A DNA stretch of 64,000 nucleotides from Chloroflexota bacterium (GCA_014874475.1 JADBJJ010000008.1:893-64892); one strand, 5' to 3'. Shown: positions 30,253 to 44,305, numbered from the stretch's first letter. Notes: a model not told the origin generated them from the letters alone. Numbers and translations: made by a program.

Positions 30253-31764
30253 ATGCCACCTGTCCTGGAACTGCGAGGGATCACCAAAGCCTTCCCTGGT
30301 GTGCTGGCCAACGACCATATCAACCTGACCCTGGAAGAAGGGGAAATCCATGCCCTGCTGGGCGAAAACGGCGCCGGAAAAACCACCCTGATGAACATTC
30401 TCTATGGACTGTACTCCCCCGATGAGGGGGAGATTTTTGTCCGGGGACGTCGGGTAGAGATTCGCGGGCCTGGAGACGCCATCGCTCTGGGCATCGGGAT
30501 GGTCCACCAGCACTTCATGCTGGTCCCCGTCCTCACCGTCACCGAAAACGTTATGCTGGGCGTGGAGTCCATCAAGAACGGCATCTTCCTGGATCGGTCG
30601 TCAGCAGCCCGACGCATCCGGGAAATCTCCCGCCAATACGGGCTGCATGTGGACCCGGACGCGCTGGTCAAGACTCTGCCCGTCGGCGTCCAGCAACGGG
30701 TGGAAATCATCAAACTCCTCTACCGCCAAGCCGACATCCTCATTATGGATGAACCCACCGCCGTCCTCACTCCCCAGGAAGTGGACGAACTCTTCAAGGT
30801 CATCCGCTCCCTCGCTGCGCAGGGGAAATCCGTCATCTTCATCACCCACAAACTGAAAGAGGTTATGGCGATTGCAGACCGAATCACCGTCCTGCGCAAC
30901 GGGCGGGTGGTCGGCACTACCACCCCGTCCCAGACCACGGAAGAGCAACTGGCCTCTATGATGGTCGGGCGGGAGGTGCTGTTGCGGGTGAATAAGAGGC
31001 CCGCCATGCCCGGCGAGACAGTGCTGGAAGTGGAGAACCTGGAGGTTCAGGACGACCGGGGCAACCCGGCGGTGCGGGGCGTCTCCTTTGAGGTGCGGGC
31101 GGGCGAGGTGCTGGGCATCGCCGGAGTCCAGGGCAACGGCCAGACCGAACTGGTGCAAGCGCTGACCGGCCTGCGGCCTCTCCTGGCGGGCCGGGTGCGC
31201 ATCCTGGGAGAAGAGGTCTCCGGCGCGCCGCCGCGCCGCATCCTGGAGAAGGGCATCGCCCACGTCCCGGAAGACCGCCAGCAGGATGGCCTGGTGCTCA
31301 GTTTCCCCGTCGCCGACAATCTGGTGCTCAACACCTACTACTTGCCGCCCTTCGCCCGCGCCGGGACCCTGCAGCAGGAGGTCATCTTCACCACCGCCGA
31401 GCAGCGGACCCGGGAGTTTGACGTCCGCACGCCCAGTATCCTCACACCCGTCGCCAATCTCTCCGGCGGCAACCAGCAGAAAGTCATCGTCGCCCGCGAG
31501 TTCTCCCGTCCCATTCGCCTGCTCATCGCATCCCAGCCGACGCGGGGATTGGATGTGGGCTCCATTGAGTATATCCACCAGCGCATCATTGCCAAACGGG
31601 ATGAGGGATGTGGAATACTCCTGGTCTCGCCGGAACTGGATGAGGTGATGAGTCTCTCCGACCGTATCGCGGTGATGTACGAAGGGCGTATTATGGACAT
31701 TCTGCCCGCTGACCAGGCCACCCGAGAGGAAATCGGCCTGCTGATGGCAGGAGTGAAGAGGTAA
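30253..31764 (+). CDS. ABC transporter ATP-binding protein, duplicated ATPase (sugar/nucleoside CUT2 type)
   Basis: 503 aa with two NBDs: GENGAGKTT, LPVGVQQRVEI, ILIMDEPTAVL, and a second LSGGNQQK. GAGGAGG RBS. Confidence 0.88.
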   Translation: MPPVLELRGITKAFPGVLANDHINLTLEEGEIHALLGENGAGKTTLMNILYGLYSPDEGEIFVRGRRVEIRGPGDAIALGIGMVHQHFMLVPVLTVTENVMLGVESIKNGIFLDRSSAARRIREISRQYGLHVDPDALVKTLPVGVQQRVEIIKLLYRQADILIMDEPTAVLTPQEVDELFKVIRSLAAQGKSVIFITHKLKEVMAIADRITVLRNGRVVGTTTPSQTTEEQLASMMVGREVLLRVNKRPAMPGETVLEVENLEVQDDRGNPAVRGVSFEVRAGEVLGIAGVQGNGQTELVQALTGLRPLLAGRVRILGEEVSGAPPRRILEKGIAHVPEDRQQDGLVLSFPVADNLVLNTYYLPPFARAGTLQQEVIFTTAEQRTREFDVRTPSILTPVANLSGGNQQKVIVAREFSRPIRLLIASQPTRGLDVGSIEYIHQRIIAKRDEGCGILLVSPELDEVMSLSDRIAVMYEGRIMDILPADQATREEIGLLMAGVKR

Positions 31765-31776
31765 CAGGAGGCGCGA

Positions 31777-33963
<2,187 letters not shown>

Positions 33964-34060
33964 GGGATTGCTTGTTGCAGCAACGAGGCCACCGCCATCA
34001 AAAGGGGACGATTCAACCGCAACTCAGGCCTATCTGAAGGCGACGGAGGAACAATAACCG

Positions 34061-35365
34061 ATGGCCACTTCTTCTACCTGGGAACGCATTGCAGCCCGCG
34101 GGGGAATTTCCCCCGGGCGGGCCCGGACGTATGGGTTCATCTTCCTCGGGGCCGGGCTGCTCATTTACCTGCTCTTCGCCCGGGTGGCGGCCGCCGGCCA
34201 GGCCAGCACGTTCGTTATGAATTTCGGGACGGCCGGCCAGCAGGTCCCCATCCCGGACCTGGTCCTTCCGACAGGGCCGACGCTCTACGCGCTGGCGCTC
34301 ATCTGCGCGTTTCTGGGAGGCTGGCAACTGGCGCGCGGCTTCCGGCAAGTCAATCTGGTTCTGGGCATCATCGCCGGGCTGTTCGTCTGGGCTTTCCTCA
34401 CCTGGGCATCCCAGGGCCGTGCGTTCAACCTGACCGGGATGCTCAATAGCGCTCTCCTGCGGGCCGTCCCCATCGCGCTGGCGGGCCTCTCCGGGGTCAT
34501 CTGCGAACGGTGCGCCGTTATCAACATCGGGATTGAGGGGATGATGCTCACCGGCGCGTTCACCGCCACCCTGATGGGCAGCCTGGCACTGAACATCTGG
34601 GGATGGCCCTCGTGGGCGTCTATGTCCTTCGGGTTGGTCTCCGCGCTGATCTCCGGTGCACTGATGGGGCTTCTGCTGGCCGTCCTGGCCATTCGCTTCA
34701 AGGTCAACCAGATCATCGCCGGAACGGCCATTAACATTCTGGCTGTCGGTATCACCAGTTTCTTGAGCGCCCGCATCCTGGCCCACTTTCAGCAACTGAA
34801 CAGCACCGGTACTCTGCAGCCGGTCCCCATCCCCCTGCTCTCCCGGATTCCGATCATTGGACCGGTCATTTTTGAGCAGAATCTCCTGGTCTACCTGCTT
34901 TACATCCTGCTGGTGGTGACCCATGTCGTCCTGTTCCATACCCGCTGGGGGCTGCGGACGCGGGCTGTGGGCGAGCACCCCCGCGCTGCCGACACACTGG
35001 GGGTCAACGTCTTCAAGGTCCGCTATGTAAACGTGACCATCGGAGGAATGGTCGCTGCGCTGGGTGGGGCCTTTCTGATCCTGGGGTCGGTGGGCCGGTT
35101 TGACGAACTGATGACGGCCGGTAAGGGCTTCATCGGCCTGGCGGCGATGATTTTCGGCAAGTGGATGCCCTTCGGAGCCTTTGGCGCGGCGCTCATCTTC
35201 GGCTTCGCCGATGCGCTGCAGACCAAACTGGCCATCCTGCAGGTGCCCATCCCCTCCCAATTTTTGTTGATGGCGCCGTACCTGGTGACCATCATCGTCC
35301 TGGCCGGGGTGGTGGGTGAGGCCGTCCCGCCTGCCGCCGATGGGAAACCGTACGAGAAACAGTAA
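34061..35365 (+). CDS. ABC transporter permease (second permease of the BMP-type importer)
   Basis: 434 aa, polytopic. INIGIEGMML motif typical of the YufQ/NupC-type BPD_transp_2 family. GGAGGA RBS. Confidence 0.8.
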   Translation: MATSSTWERIAARGGISPGRARTYGFIFLGAGLLIYLLFARVAAAGQASTFVMNFGTAGQQVPIPDLVLPTGPTLYALALICAFLGGWQLARGFRQVNLVLGIIAGLFVWAFLTWASQGRAFNLTGMLNSALLRAVPIALAGLSGVICERCAVINIGIEGMMLTGAFTATLMGSLALNIWGWPSWASMSFGLVSALISGALMGLLLAVLAIRFKVNQIIAGTAINILAVGITSFLSARILAHFQQLNSTGTLQPVPIPLLSRIPIIGPVIFEQNLLVYLLYILLVVTHVVLFHTRWGLRTRAVGEHPRAADTLGVNVFKVRYVNVTIGGMVAALGGAFLILGSVGRFDELMTAGKGFIGLAAMIFGKWMPFGAFGAALIFGFADALQTKLAILQVPIPSQFLLMAPYLVTIIVLAGVVGEAVPPAADGKPYEKQ

Positions 35366-35386
35366 CCCGACCACATACGGAATGGG

Positions 35387-36289
35387 ATGAAAGGGCTTTT
35401 CCAGGGACTGGCACGGACGCGCAACGCGGTCTTCAGCCGGATTGCCGCGCTGTTAGGGGCCAGCGAGGTCACTCCTCAGGTCTGGGAAGAACTGGAGGAA
35501 CTGCTTATCCAGGCCGATGTGGGCGTAGAGACAACGCTGGCGCTGATGGAGCGGTTGCACCGCCGCGCGCGGGATGAGGCCATCCTGCGGGCCGATCGCT
35601 TGCGGGACGCGCTGAATGAGGAACTGCGCGCGCTCCTCCCCACCCCACCCCCGCTGAACCTGGGCGGACGGCCTCTGGATGTCATCCTCATCGTAGGGGT
35701 GAACGGGTCCGGGAAGACGACCAGCATCGCCAAACTGGGCTACCGGTACCGCCAGGAGGGGCGGAAGGTGCTGCTGGCCGCCGCCGACACTTTCCGCGCG
35801 GCAGCGATAGACCAACTCCGCATCTGGGGCGAACGGGCGGGCTGTCCAGTCATTTCCGGGCCGGAGGGAGGCGACCCCGGCGCTGTGGTCTACGACGCGC
35901 TGCAGGCCGCCCGCAGCCGGGGAATGGATATGGTCATCGTGGATACCGCCGGTCGGCTCCATACCCGCTACAATCTGATGGAGGAACTGAAGAAAGTGCG
36001 GCGGGTGGCGGCCCGGTCGGTGGAGGGGGCCCCTCACGAGACCCTGCTGGTGCTGGACGCGACGACAGGCCAGAACGCCCTCAGCCAGGCTCGCCACTTT
36101 CTGGAGGCGGTAGAGGTGACGGGGGTCATTCTGGCGAAACTGGATAGCACTGCCCGGGGCGGCATGGTCTTCGCCATCGCCCGCGAACTGAAACTCCCAG
36201 TCCGGTTCGTCGGCACCGGAGAAGGACTGGACGACATGGCTCCCTTTGACCCCGATACGTTCATTCTCGGTTTGTGGGAAGGAGAATAA
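35387..36289 (+). CDS. ftsY: Signal recognition particle receptor FtsY (short form, NG domain only)
   Basis: 300 aa. [30 protein letters not shown]. Confidence 0.9.
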   Translation: MKGLFQGLARTRNAVFSRIAALLGASEVTPQVWEELEELLIQADVGVETTLALMERLHRRARDEAILRADRLRDALNEELRALLPTPPPLNLGGRPLDVILIVGVNGSGKTTSIAKLGYRYRQEGRKVLLAAADTFRAAAIDQLRIWGERAGCPVISGPEGGDPGAVVYDALQAARSRGMDMVIVDTAGRLHTRYNLMEELKKVRRVAARSVEGAPHETLLVLDATTGQNALSQARHFLEAVEVTGVILAKLDSTARGGMVFAIARELKLPVRFVGTGEGLDDMAPFDPDTFILGLWEGE

Positions 36290-36313
36290 ACTCACATCCC
36301 TAAAGAGAACACT

Positions 36314-37510
36314 ATGCGCACTCAAGACTACATTTTGCTGGAAGAAACTTACGGCGCTCACAACTACAAGCCACTGGATGTCGTCATCACCCGCGCTGAA
36401 GGGGTATGGGTGTGGGATGTGGAGGGGAACCGGTATCTGGATTGTCTGAGTGCCTACTCCGCCGTCAACCAGGGACATTGCCATCCGCGCATCCGGCAGG
36501 CGATGGTGGAGCAAGCCAACCGGGTCACCCTGATCTCCCGCGCCTTCCGCAACGACCAGTTGCCCCTTTTGGAGAAAGAACTCTGTGAACTTACCGGCTA
36601 CGAAATGACGCTGCTGATGAACTCCGGCGCCGAGGCGGTAGAGACCGCCCTGAAGGCGGCCCGCAAATGGGGCTACACCGTCAAGGGAGTCCCGGATGGC
36701 CAGGCGGAGATAATTGTCTGCGCGGGGAACTTCCACGGGCGGACGATCACCATCGTCGGATTCTCCACCGAGCCGCAGTACCGGGAGGGGTTTGGCCCTT
36801 TCGCGCCAGGCTTCGTCATCATCCCCTACGGCGACCCGCAGGCGTTGGAAGCCGCCATCACGCCGAACACGGTCGCCTTTCTGGTGGAGCCCATTCAAGG
36901 CGAAGGCGGCGTCATCGTCCCGCCGGAAGGCTATCTACAAGCCGTGCGCGAAATCTGCAGCCGCCACCACATTCTCTTTATCGCCGACGAGATTCAGACC
37001 GGCCTGGGCCGTACGGGCCGACTCTTCGCCTGCGAGTGGGAAGGCGTCCGCCCGGATGTGCTGGTCATCGGTAAGGCCCTCTCCGGTGGCTTCTACCCGG
37101 TCTCGGCGGTGCTGGCCTCCCGGGAGGTGCTGGGGGTCTTCCGGCCCGGAGACCATGGCTCTACCTTCGGGGGGAACCCACTGGCCTGCGCTGTCGCCCG
37201 GGAGGCGTTGCGGGTGATTGTGGAGGAGCGGTTGCCGGAGCGGGCAGACGAACTGGGCCGCTACTTCCTGGGACGCCTGGCCCGCATAGAGAGCCCGTTG
37301 ATTCGGGAAGTGCGCGGCAAGGGGCTGCTGATCGGTGTGGAACTGGTCCCCGAGGCCGGCGGCGCCCGCCGCTACTGCGAGGCGCTGCTGGAGCGAGGAG
37401 TCCTGTGCAAAGAAACCCACCAGCACACCATCCGCTTTGCCCCTCCCCTGGTCATCACCCGCGAAGAGATAGATTGGGCGCTGGAGCGGATTGAGGCGGT
37501 GCTGTCGTAA
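36314..37510 (+). CDS. rocD: Ornithine aminotransferase (class-III PLP aminotransferase)
   Basis: 398 aa. [58 protein letters not shown], and the PLP-lysine region [11 protein letters not shown]. Confidence 0.8.
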   Translation: MRTQDYILLEETYGAHNYKPLDVVITRAEGVWVWDVEGNRYLDCLSAYSAVNQGHCHPRIRQAMVEQANRVTLISRAFRNDQLPLLEKELCELTGYEMTLLMNSGAEAVETALKAARKWGYTVKGVPDGQAEIIVCAGNFHGRTITIVGFSTEPQYREGFGPFAPGFVIIPYGDPQALEAAITPNTVAFLVEPIQGEGGVIVPPEGYLQAVREICSRHHILFIADEIQTGLGRTGRLFACEWEGVRPDVLVIGKALSGGFYPVSAVLASREVLGVFRPGDHGSTFGGNPLACAVAREALRVIVEERLPERADELGRYFLGRLARIESPLIREVRGKGLLIGVELVPEAGGARRYCEALLERGVLCKETHQHTIRFAPPLVITREEIDWALERIEAVLS

Positions 37511-37571
37511 GGGCGGGCCTTGCCTCCGCCCCGACGGAGCAACGGCAGGAGTTACTCCTGCGTAGGTGGAA

Positions 37572-38954
37572 ATGATGGCCAAAGCGCGTGTCCAGTGGGT
37601 CTGTCAGGTCTGCGGGCGGATCAGCCCCCGACCGATGGGGCGCTGCCCCGGCTGCGGGGGATGGAACACGATGGCGGAGGTGGCAGAGGAGCGAGCCACC
37701 GCCCCTACGCCCGCCATCATCCGCAGCGAGCCGCAGCCGCTGGCAGAGGTGCGGGCAGAGGGACTGGAACGGTTCTCCATCCCCCTGGAGGAATTTTCCC
37801 GCGTCCTGGGAGGTGGACTGGTCCCGGGCTCCCTTGTCCTGGTTGGCGGCGAGCCCGGCATCGGCAAATCCACCCTGCTCCTGCAGGTCTCCTCTATCGT
37901 CGCCACGGCCCTGAAACGCCCGGTGCTGTATGTCTCCGGTGAGGAGTCGGTCCGGCAGATTAAGATGCGCGCCGACCGGCTGGACATCCCCACCGACGGC
38001 CTCTACGTTCTCTCCGAAACGGTCCTGGAGGCCATCTTGCATCACGCCGAACAACTCTCCCCGGTGATGATGGTGGTGGACTCCATTCAGACAGTTACCT
38101 CCGGGGACCTTCCCTCAGCAGCGGGGTCGGTCACACAGGTCCGGGAGGCCGCTGCCCGCCTGCAATGGTGGGCCAAGTCCAGCGGCGTCGTTGTCTTTCT
38201 GGTGGGTCACGTCACCAAAGAAGGTGCCATCGCCGGCCCGAAAGTCCTTGAGCACATTGTGGATACCGTCCTCTATCTGGAGGGCGACCCGTTCCACGCC
38301 TACCGCCTCCTGCGGACGACGAAGAACCGCTTCGGGGCCACTTCGGAAGTCGGCGTCTTTGAGATGCGGGAAGAGGGGCTGGTGGAGGTAGAGAACCCCT
38401 CGGAGGCGTTCCTGGCGGAGCGGATGGTCCAGGCACCCGGCTCTGCCATCGCCGTCACGATGGAGGGAACGCGGCCCCTGCTGGTAGAGGTCCAGGCCCT
38501 CACCAGCCACACCAGTTTCGGGCACCCTCGCCGGACGGCGAACGGGGTGGATATGTACCGGTTGCTTCTGATTGTCGCTGTACTGACCCGGCGGGTGGGG
38601 TTGCGACTCTTTGACCAGGATGTCTTCGTCAACGTAGTGGGGGGGCTACAGATAGAGGAGCCGGCCGCCGACCTGGCGGTGGCAGTGGCCATCGGTTCCA
38701 GCCTGCGGGAACGCCCTGTAGCAGCGGACCTGGCCATCATCGGCGAAGTGGGCCTATCCGGGGAGGTCCGGGCGGTGGGGCAGATGGCCGCGCGGCTGAA
38801 AGAAGCCGCCCGCCTGGGCTTCAAACGCTGCCTGGTCCCCCGCACTATCCGACGGACTTCCTTCTCCGTGCCGGAGGGGCTGGAAGTGGTCCCGGTTCGG
38901 TCGGTCAAAGAGGCGATAGATCTGGCGCTAGTGGAAGAAAAACGGGAAAAGTGA
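37572..38954 (+). CDS. radA: DNA repair protein RadA
   Basis: Zinc finger CQVCG..CPGCGGWN, Walker A GGEPGIGKSTLLLQ, KNRFG motif, and C-terminal Lon-like domain. Start is ATG at 37572 or 37575; the track uses GTG at 37566. Confidence 0.9.
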   Translation: MMAKARVQWVCQVCGRISPRPMGRCPGCGGWNTMAEVAEERATAPTPAIIRSEPQPLAEVRAEGLERFSIPLEEFSRVLGGGLVPGSLVLVGGEPGIGKSTLLLQVSSIVATALKRPVLYVSGEESVRQIKMRADRLDIPTDGLYVLSETVLEAILHHAEQLSPVMMVVDSIQTVTSGDLPSAAGSVTQVREAAARLQWWAKSSGVVVFLVGHVTKEGAIAGPKVLEHIVDTVLYLEGDPFHAYRLLRTTKNRFGATSEVGVFEMREEGLVEVENPSEAFLAERMVQAPGSAIAVTMEGTRPLLVEVQALTSHTSFGHPRRTANGVDMYRLLLIVAVLTRRVGLRLFDQDVFVNVVGGLQIEEPAADLAVAVAIGSSLRERPVAADLAIIGEVGLSGEVRAVGQMAARLKEAARLGFKRCLVPRTIRRTSFSVPEGLEVVPVRSVKEAIDLALVEEKREK

Positions 38955-39101
38955 AGCGTGAGTGGACGAGTATCTTGACCCCTTTGCAGGACAGGGGATG
39001 GAGTTGCCCGGCGGATATCGCTACGCCTGGGCCGCTCTTCTGGGCGAATACATCCTCACCGACGCCCCTCACTTCAACCCGAATATTGGCTCCACCCAGA
39101 T

Positions 39102-40454
39102 GTGGGAACGGATGGAGCGGAAGTCGTGATCCGTGAAGTTGCGATGGAATTGATCTGGGCGGCGCTGGGGGCAGTGAATCCGGCGCGCGCCGTCGCCCGC
39201 CATCTCCGCCGAGAAGGACCCACCCTCTTTATCGGCGACCGTCCCTACGACCTGAGCCAGATAGACCGGGTGGTCGTCGTCGGGGCAGGAAAGGCTGGGG
39301 CCGGAATGGCGGCAGCGGTAGAGGCGTTTCTGGGCGAACGGGTTGCCGCCGGATGGGTCAACGTCCGCTACGGCTATGAGCCTCCCCAGCCGCTGGCCCG
39401 CATCCACATCCATCCCGCTGGCCACCCTATCCCCGACCAGGCCGGTCTGGAAGGGACGCGCCAGATTCTGACGCTGGTGGATTCTCTGACCTCGCGCGAC
39501 CTGGTCCTGGTGCTGGTCTCCGGCGGCGCGTCGGCACTCATGGAGGCACCCGTCCCCGGCGTCTCTCTGGCCGACATCCAGGCCCTCACCGACGGCCTTC
39601 TGCGCAGCGGCGCGACGATTGGGGAAATCAACACCGTCCGCAAACATCTCTCCCAGGTCAAGGGCGGACGGCTGGCAGAGCATATCGCCCGAAAAGGCGC
39701 CCAGGCCGCCGTCCTCGTCCTCTCCGACGTGGTCGGTAGCCCCCTGGACGCCATCGGCTCCGGCCCCTGCGCTCCGGACCCCACCACTTTCGCCGATGCC
39801 TGGGCCGTACTGGAACGATACAGCCTGCTGGATCGGGCTCCTCCTGCCGTGCGCTATCACCTGGAACGGGGCCGGAACGGCCAGGAAACAGAAACTCCCA
39901 AGCCGGGAGACGATCTTTTCGCCCGGGTGCACACCGTCATTGTCGCCGAGAACCGCACAGCGGCGGAGGCGGCGGTGGAAAGAGCCCGCGCGCTGGGATT
40001 CCACGCCGTCCTTCTCACCACATATCTGGAAGGGGAAGCGCGAGAGGTGGGCCGGGTGCTGGCCGCGCTGGCAAAGGAAGAGGCCCGCACCGGCCATCCT
40101 CTGCCCCACCCGGCCTGTCTGGTCCTGGGCGGTGAGACCACCGTGACCGTGCGTGGGCCGGGCCAGGGCGGCCGCAACCAGGAGGTCGCGCTGGGAGCCG
40201 CCCTGGCGCTGGAGGGATGGGAGAACGTTCTGGTCGCTACCCTGGCCACCGATGGCACCGACGGCCCCACCGACGCGGCCGGCGCCTTTGCGGACGGGAG
40301 CACCGTCCCCCGCGCCCGCGCCCAGGGGCTGGACCCGGCTGATCACCTGGCCCGCAACGATGCCTACCCCTTCTTCGCCGCTCTGGGCGACCTGGTCATC
40401 ACCGGCCCCACCGGCACCAACGTCAACGACCTGGCCTTCGTGCTGGTGCAGTAG
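39102..40454 (+). CDS. Glycerate 2-kinase / hydroxypyruvate reductase-like (DUF4147 plus MOFRL)
   Basis: 450 aa. VVGAGKAGAGMA, SGGASAL, and GGETTVTVRGPGQGGRNQEVAL are typical of the GckA/TtuD family. Confidence 0.75.
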   Translation: MGTDGAEVVIREVAMELIWAALGAVNPARAVARHLRREGPTLFIGDRPYDLSQIDRVVVVGAGKAGAGMAAAVEAFLGERVAAGWVNVRYGYEPPQPLARIHIHPAGHPIPDQAGLEGTRQILTLVDSLTSRDLVLVLVSGGASALMEAPVPGVSLADIQALTDGLLRSGATIGEINTVRKHLSQVKGGRLAEHIARKGAQAAVLVLSDVVGSPLDAIGSGPCAPDPTTFADAWAVLERYSLLDRAPPAVRYHLERGRNGQETETPKPGDDLFARVHTVIVAENRTAAEAAVERARALGFHAVLLTTYLEGEAREVGRVLAALAKEEARTGHPLPHPACLVLGGETTVTVRGPGQGGRNQEVALGAALALEGWENVLVATLATDGTDGPTDAAGAFADGSTVPRARAQGLDPADHLARNDAYPFFAALGDLVITGPTGTNVNDLAFVLVQ

Positions 40455-40570
40455 AGAGAATTTCAGCCGTTGTCCCCAAACTGAAACATTTCTGAAACCC
40501 GCTTCCAGTCAGACAATAGTATACTGGAAAAGGGGTGAGCCCGTAAACACCGCCTTCAGGAGTCAGCGCT

Positions 40571-42781
40571 ATGACGGGGAATCGGCCACTGTCCAACCCC
40601 CGCCGTCAACGGTTCCTGCCGTTGAGTTTCCCGATCCGCGGCAAAATTATTTTCCCGTACCTGGTGCTCACCGCCCTGGTCGCCGTTATCGGCACCTATG
40701 TAGTCACCAATCTGGTCGCGAGTTCCCTGGATGAACGGCTCACCAATCATCTCCTGGAAGCAGGACGGGTCGTCTCGGATAACCTGGTTCGCTATGAGAT
40801 GAAACACGTGGAAGCCGCCCGAATCATCGCGTTCACGCGAGGGTTGGGCGAGGCATTGCAGCGCGGGGATGCAGAACAGGTCGCATCCCTGGCCTCCCCG
40901 GTTGCCTCCGGCCTGGGAATGGAACTGCTGATCATCGTGGACGCCGATGGCCACCAGATGCTGCATCTTCTCCGCCGTTCCGATGGCCTCTATGGAACCT
41001 CTCAGGACACCTTACAGCCCCCCGCAATCGTGCGGATGCTTCTGGAAGCAGGAGACCCGGCGGGGCTTCCCCGGCGCGGTCTGACGCGGCACCTTACCAA
41101 CGGCCGCTACTACTATCTGACCACCATCCCTGTCTCTCTGAACAACCGGCTGGTGGGCGCCGTCATCGTCGGAACCTCTCTGGATACCTTGCTGGTCTAC
41201 TTCAAATCCACATCTATGGCCGATGTGACCGTCTACATAGAAGGGGGCCAGGCCATCGGGACGACTTTCGCCATCCCCGAACAGCCCCAGGAAGCCTCCC
41301 TGTTGCTGGACGAACTCTCCATTCCCGCCGATCTGTACAAACGATGTCTCTATAGCAACCAAGTCACTCTGGGCGAAAATGTCCAGATTCGGGAGCGTTG
41401 GTACCGGCTGGCCCGGGGCCCTCTCCGGGTTGGGAATGATACCCTGGGCGTCTTTGGCGTTGCTCTGCCCGCCCAGTTCATCATCCGGGCCGGGACAACG
41501 AGCCGCAACATCTATGCTCTGCTCTTCGCCTTGATAACTGCGGCCGTCATCGTCATCGGCTATGTGATCGCCCAACGAATCACCCGTCCCCTGGAGCGCC
41601 TGGCCGTCGCTTCTCAGGCCATCGCCGAAGGAGACCTCTCCTACCGAGCAGGGATTCGCGGCACAGACGAGATCGGCATCCTGGCGACCACCTTTGACGA
41701 GATGGCGAGTCGCCTTTTGGAACGGACCAACGCACTGGAAGAAACGCTGGGTCAACTGAGAGCCATCCTCGCCAGCATCGGCGACGGTGTCATCCTGGAA
41801 GACGCCCAGGGGAATTTCATTCCGCTGAACGCGGCAGCGGAACGCATCCTGAAAGAACTGGCCTCCAATTTTATGATGGGCCCCCTGAAGGAGGTTCCTG
41901 CTAAAGACGCAAGCCCCGGTAACGACGAGGACAATCCCTGGCTGGTGGAAAGCCGTCTCTTCCAGGTCGGCAACAAGGTGCTCAGTGCCCATTCCGCCGT
42001 CGTCCGCACCGAAGAGGGCCAGCGCCTGGGCACCGTCATCGTCCTGCGAGACGTGACCGCCGCGGTGGAAGCGGAACGGTTAAAGGACGCCTTCATTGCC
42101 CACGTCTCCCACGAATTGCGCACCCCGCTGACCGCCATCCGGGGATATAGCAACCTGCTTCTGGCGGGCGCCGCGGGACCACTGAGCGAACAACAGAAAT
42201 CGTTTCTTCAGACCGTTGCCCACCACACAGAAGCGCTCATTGCGATGATCGGTTCCCTCCTGGACTTCTCCGAAATGGAAGCGGGGAGCCGCCTAGCCCT
42301 GCGGAAGCGTTCCTTCTCTGTCGCGTCACTGGCCGAGGAAGTGGCAAGAGAATGGCGACCCCGTATAGAGGAGAATGGGGTACACTTCCAGACGGAGATA
42401 CCTGACCTTCTACCGCCCATCACAGCCGATTCCGAGCGACTGCGCTGGGCCGTAATCAATCTGCTCAGAAATGCCTACCAGCACACTCCTTCAGGAGGTA
42501 CTATTACTCTGCGCATTTCGGCCCAGGACAACTGGTTGGTTCTGGAAGTCGCCGATACCGGTACGGGCATCCCGCCGGAGATTCAGAAACACCTGTTCAC
42601 TCGCTTCTACCGGGGAATCCCCTCAGGGGATGATACGATCCGGGGACTGGGCCTGGGCCTGTACATCACCCGAGCCATTGTGGAAGCCCATGGCGGGCGG
42701 ATTCAGGTCACCAGCGAGCCGGGCGCGGGAAGCACGTTCACGATCTACCTCCCGCTGCAAGCAGAACCGCAACAGGAGTGA
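40571..42781 (+). CDS. Sensor histidine kinase (TM, extracytoplasmic sensor, TM, HAMP, PAS, HisKA, HATPase_c)
   Basis: 736 aa. [25 protein letters not shown]-box [16 protein letters not shown], and N/G boxes [10 protein letters not shown] and [15 protein letters not shown]. No response regulator gene adjacent. Confidence 0.88.
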   Translation: MTGNRPLSNPRRQRFLPLSFPIRGKIIFPYLVLTALVAVIGTYVVTNLVASSLDERLTNHLLEAGRVVSDNLVRYEMKHVEAARIIAFTRGLGEALQRGDAEQVASLASPVASGLGMELLIIVDADGHQMLHLLRRSDGLYGTSQDTLQPPAIVRMLLEAGDPAGLPRRGLTRHLTNGRYYYLTTIPVSLNNRLVGAVIVGTSLDTLLVYFKSTSMADVTVYIEGGQAIGTTFAIPEQPQEASLLLDELSIPADLYKRCLYSNQVTLGENVQIRERWYRLARGPLRVGNDTLGVFGVALPAQFIIRAGTTSRNIYALLFALITAAVIVIGYVIAQRITRPLERLAVASQAIAEGDLSYRAGIRGTDEIGILATTFDEMASRLLERTNALEETLGQLRAILASIGDGVILEDAQGNFIPLNAAAERILKELASNFMMGPLKEVPAKDASPGNDEDNPWLVESRLFQVGNKVLSAHSAVVRTEEGQRLGTVIVLRDVTAAVEAERLKDAFIAHVSHELRTPLTAIRGYSNLLLAGAAGPLSEQQKSFLQTVAHHTEALIAMIGSLLDFSEMEAGSRLALRKRSFSVASLAEEVAREWRPRIEENGVHFQTEIPDLLPPITADSERLRWAVINLLRNAYQHTPSGGTITLRISAQDNWLVLEVADTGTGIPPEIQKHLFTRFYRGIPSGDDTIRGLGLGLYITRAIVEAHGGRIQVTSEPGAGSTFTIYLPLQAEPQQE

Positions 42782-42786
42782 CAGAG

Positions 42787-44253
42787 ATGGCAGAGCATCC
42801 TTTTATCGGTCGGCGGTGGGGACGGAGTGAGTGGGCCATATTTGTCCTCCTACTGGCGATCGGGTTTGCCTGCATCCTCGCCTCCGCCGAGGCCGCTATC
42901 CGCCTACCACGAGAATGGGAGGCCGCGGCGGGGATGTCCTCCGAGATAGACCCGGACCGGGCCGTTGCCACGCCGCTACCGATGATAGAGCCTCTGCACC
43001 CCGAGATTATGACTCCGTTCTGGGACCTCCGTCGCATCCTGACGCCTCTGGGGCCTGTCGTAGTGATTCCACCGCAACTCTTTGTCCCGCTCCCCACCGC
43101 GACGGCGACCCCTTCCACCGCAGCAACTGCGACCCCTGTAGCCCCTTCCCCGTCGCCGACTTCCCAACCCTCGCCGCCCCCATCGCCCACACCCACCCGG
43201 ATACGCCCGCGTGCCACCGCGACATTCACGTCCGTTCCGTCGCCGACGCCAACGGCTTCCCCGACTATCATCCCTCCAACATTTCCGCCGGCGCCGACTG
43301 CCACCCCTACCCCCACGCCGACGCCGACCGCCACCCCTACCCCCACGCCGACGCCGACCGCCACCCCCACCCGCACACCGACACCAACCGCGACATCCAC
43401 CCCCACGCCGACGCCGACCGCCACCCCCACCCGCACACCGACACCAACCGCGACATCCACCCCCACGCCGACACCGACTGCCACCCCAATCCCCTTTGAA
43501 CTGCGCGCGGCAGCGGGCAACAACGAGATTAATCTGGGGTGGGACACCGTTAGCCCTCCACCATCTACCTACCGGGTCTATCGCGCGGACGGCGGCCCGT
43601 ATGCCATCATCACCGAAACCACGGGGACGGCTTATCTGGACAACTCTGTGACAAACGGCGCGGTGTATACTTACTACATAGCGGCGCTGGACGGTGGGGG
43701 GGATGAGTTCGGATACAGCAATCTCGCCCAGGTGCAACCATATGACACCGGGCCATACACGACCACAATGGATGTGACCTGCAATCCCCCCACCTCAGAC
43801 TGCGACCTGGCCGGCGGGCTACCCGACAACCGGGCCCTGGACCTGGGAGAAGGGCAATCCGTCACCCTGGATTTTGGCGAGGGAACCGGCATCATAGACG
43901 GCCCCGGCCCCGACCTGGTGTTCTACGAATGGCCCAATCCAATCGATATTCTGCTGGACTTCATCATCATTGAAATCTCCCCTGACGGCTCGCGGTGGTA
44001 TATCGTGTTTGCATGGGATGGTATACCTGGCGGTGTGATGGGAACAAACATAGACAATTATGCCACCGATGGGAACGGCGAGCAGGATAACGAGCCAATC
44101 CCATCCGGTGTTCTCTATCCCCCGGGCACGGGCATCACCATAGACATTGGCGTATGGGCTCCGGCAGGGTATTCGTATCGGTACGTTCGGCTTTACTGCC
44201 CCACCGGCGGAGGGGACCCAGCCCAGGTGGATTCCGTTCAGCGGTTGCATTAA
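42787..44253 (+). CDS. Secreted/anchored protein: signal anchor, long Pro/Thr linker, FN3-like domain, uncharacterised C-terminal domain
   Basis: AGGAG lies 8 nt upstream of the ATG at 42787; GTG at 42778 overlaps the kinase stop. Hydrophobic [21 protein letters not shown]. (TPTPTPTA)n linker. [23 protein letters not shown]...[12 protein letters not shown] resembles fibronectin type III. Confidence 0.65.
   Translation: MAEHPFIGRRWGRSEWAIFVLLLAIGFACILASAEAAIRLPREWEAAAGMSSEIDPDRAVATPLPMIEPLHPEIMTPFWDLRRILTPLGPVVVIPPQLFVPLPTATATPSTAATATPVAPSPSPTSQPSPPPSPTPTRIRPRATATFTSVPSPTPTASPTIIPPTFPPAPTATPTPTPTPTATPTPTPTPTATPTRTPTPTATSTPTPTPTATPTRTPTPTATSTPTPTPTATPIPFELRAAAGNNEINLGWDTVSPPPSTYRVYRADGGPYAIITETTGTAYLDNSVTNGAVYTYYIAALDGGGDEFGYSNLAQVQPYDTGPYTTTMDVTCNPPTSDCDLAGGLPDNRALDLGEGQSVTLDFGEGTGIIDGPGPDLVFYEWPNPIDILLDFIIIEISPDGSRWYIVFAWDGIPGGVMGTNIDNYATDGNGEQDNEPIPSGVLYPPGTGITIDIGVWAPAGYSYRYVRLYCPTGGGDPAQVDSVQRLH
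43301..43480 (+). repeat. In-frame tandem repeats: 2 x 30 bp, then 2 x 60 bp
   Basis: 43301-43330 and 43331-43360 are identical 30-mers. 43361-43420 and 43421-43480 are 60-mers differing at 2 nt. They encode the [11 protein letters not shown](R) linker. Confidence 0.9.
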
Positions 44254-44305
44254 CAGCATATCGGCGGCGGTAGCCCTTCGGGTCGCCGCCGAGCACCCCA
44301 TCACC

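Noticed and set aside
42738-43547. Gly/Val-repeat ORF ([12 protein letters not shown]...), together with the Gly-rich ORF at 18772-19254
   Set aside because: These are mirror images of the Pro/Thr-linker coding repeats on the plus strand. The plus-strand products have signal sequences and folded domains flanking the linkers.
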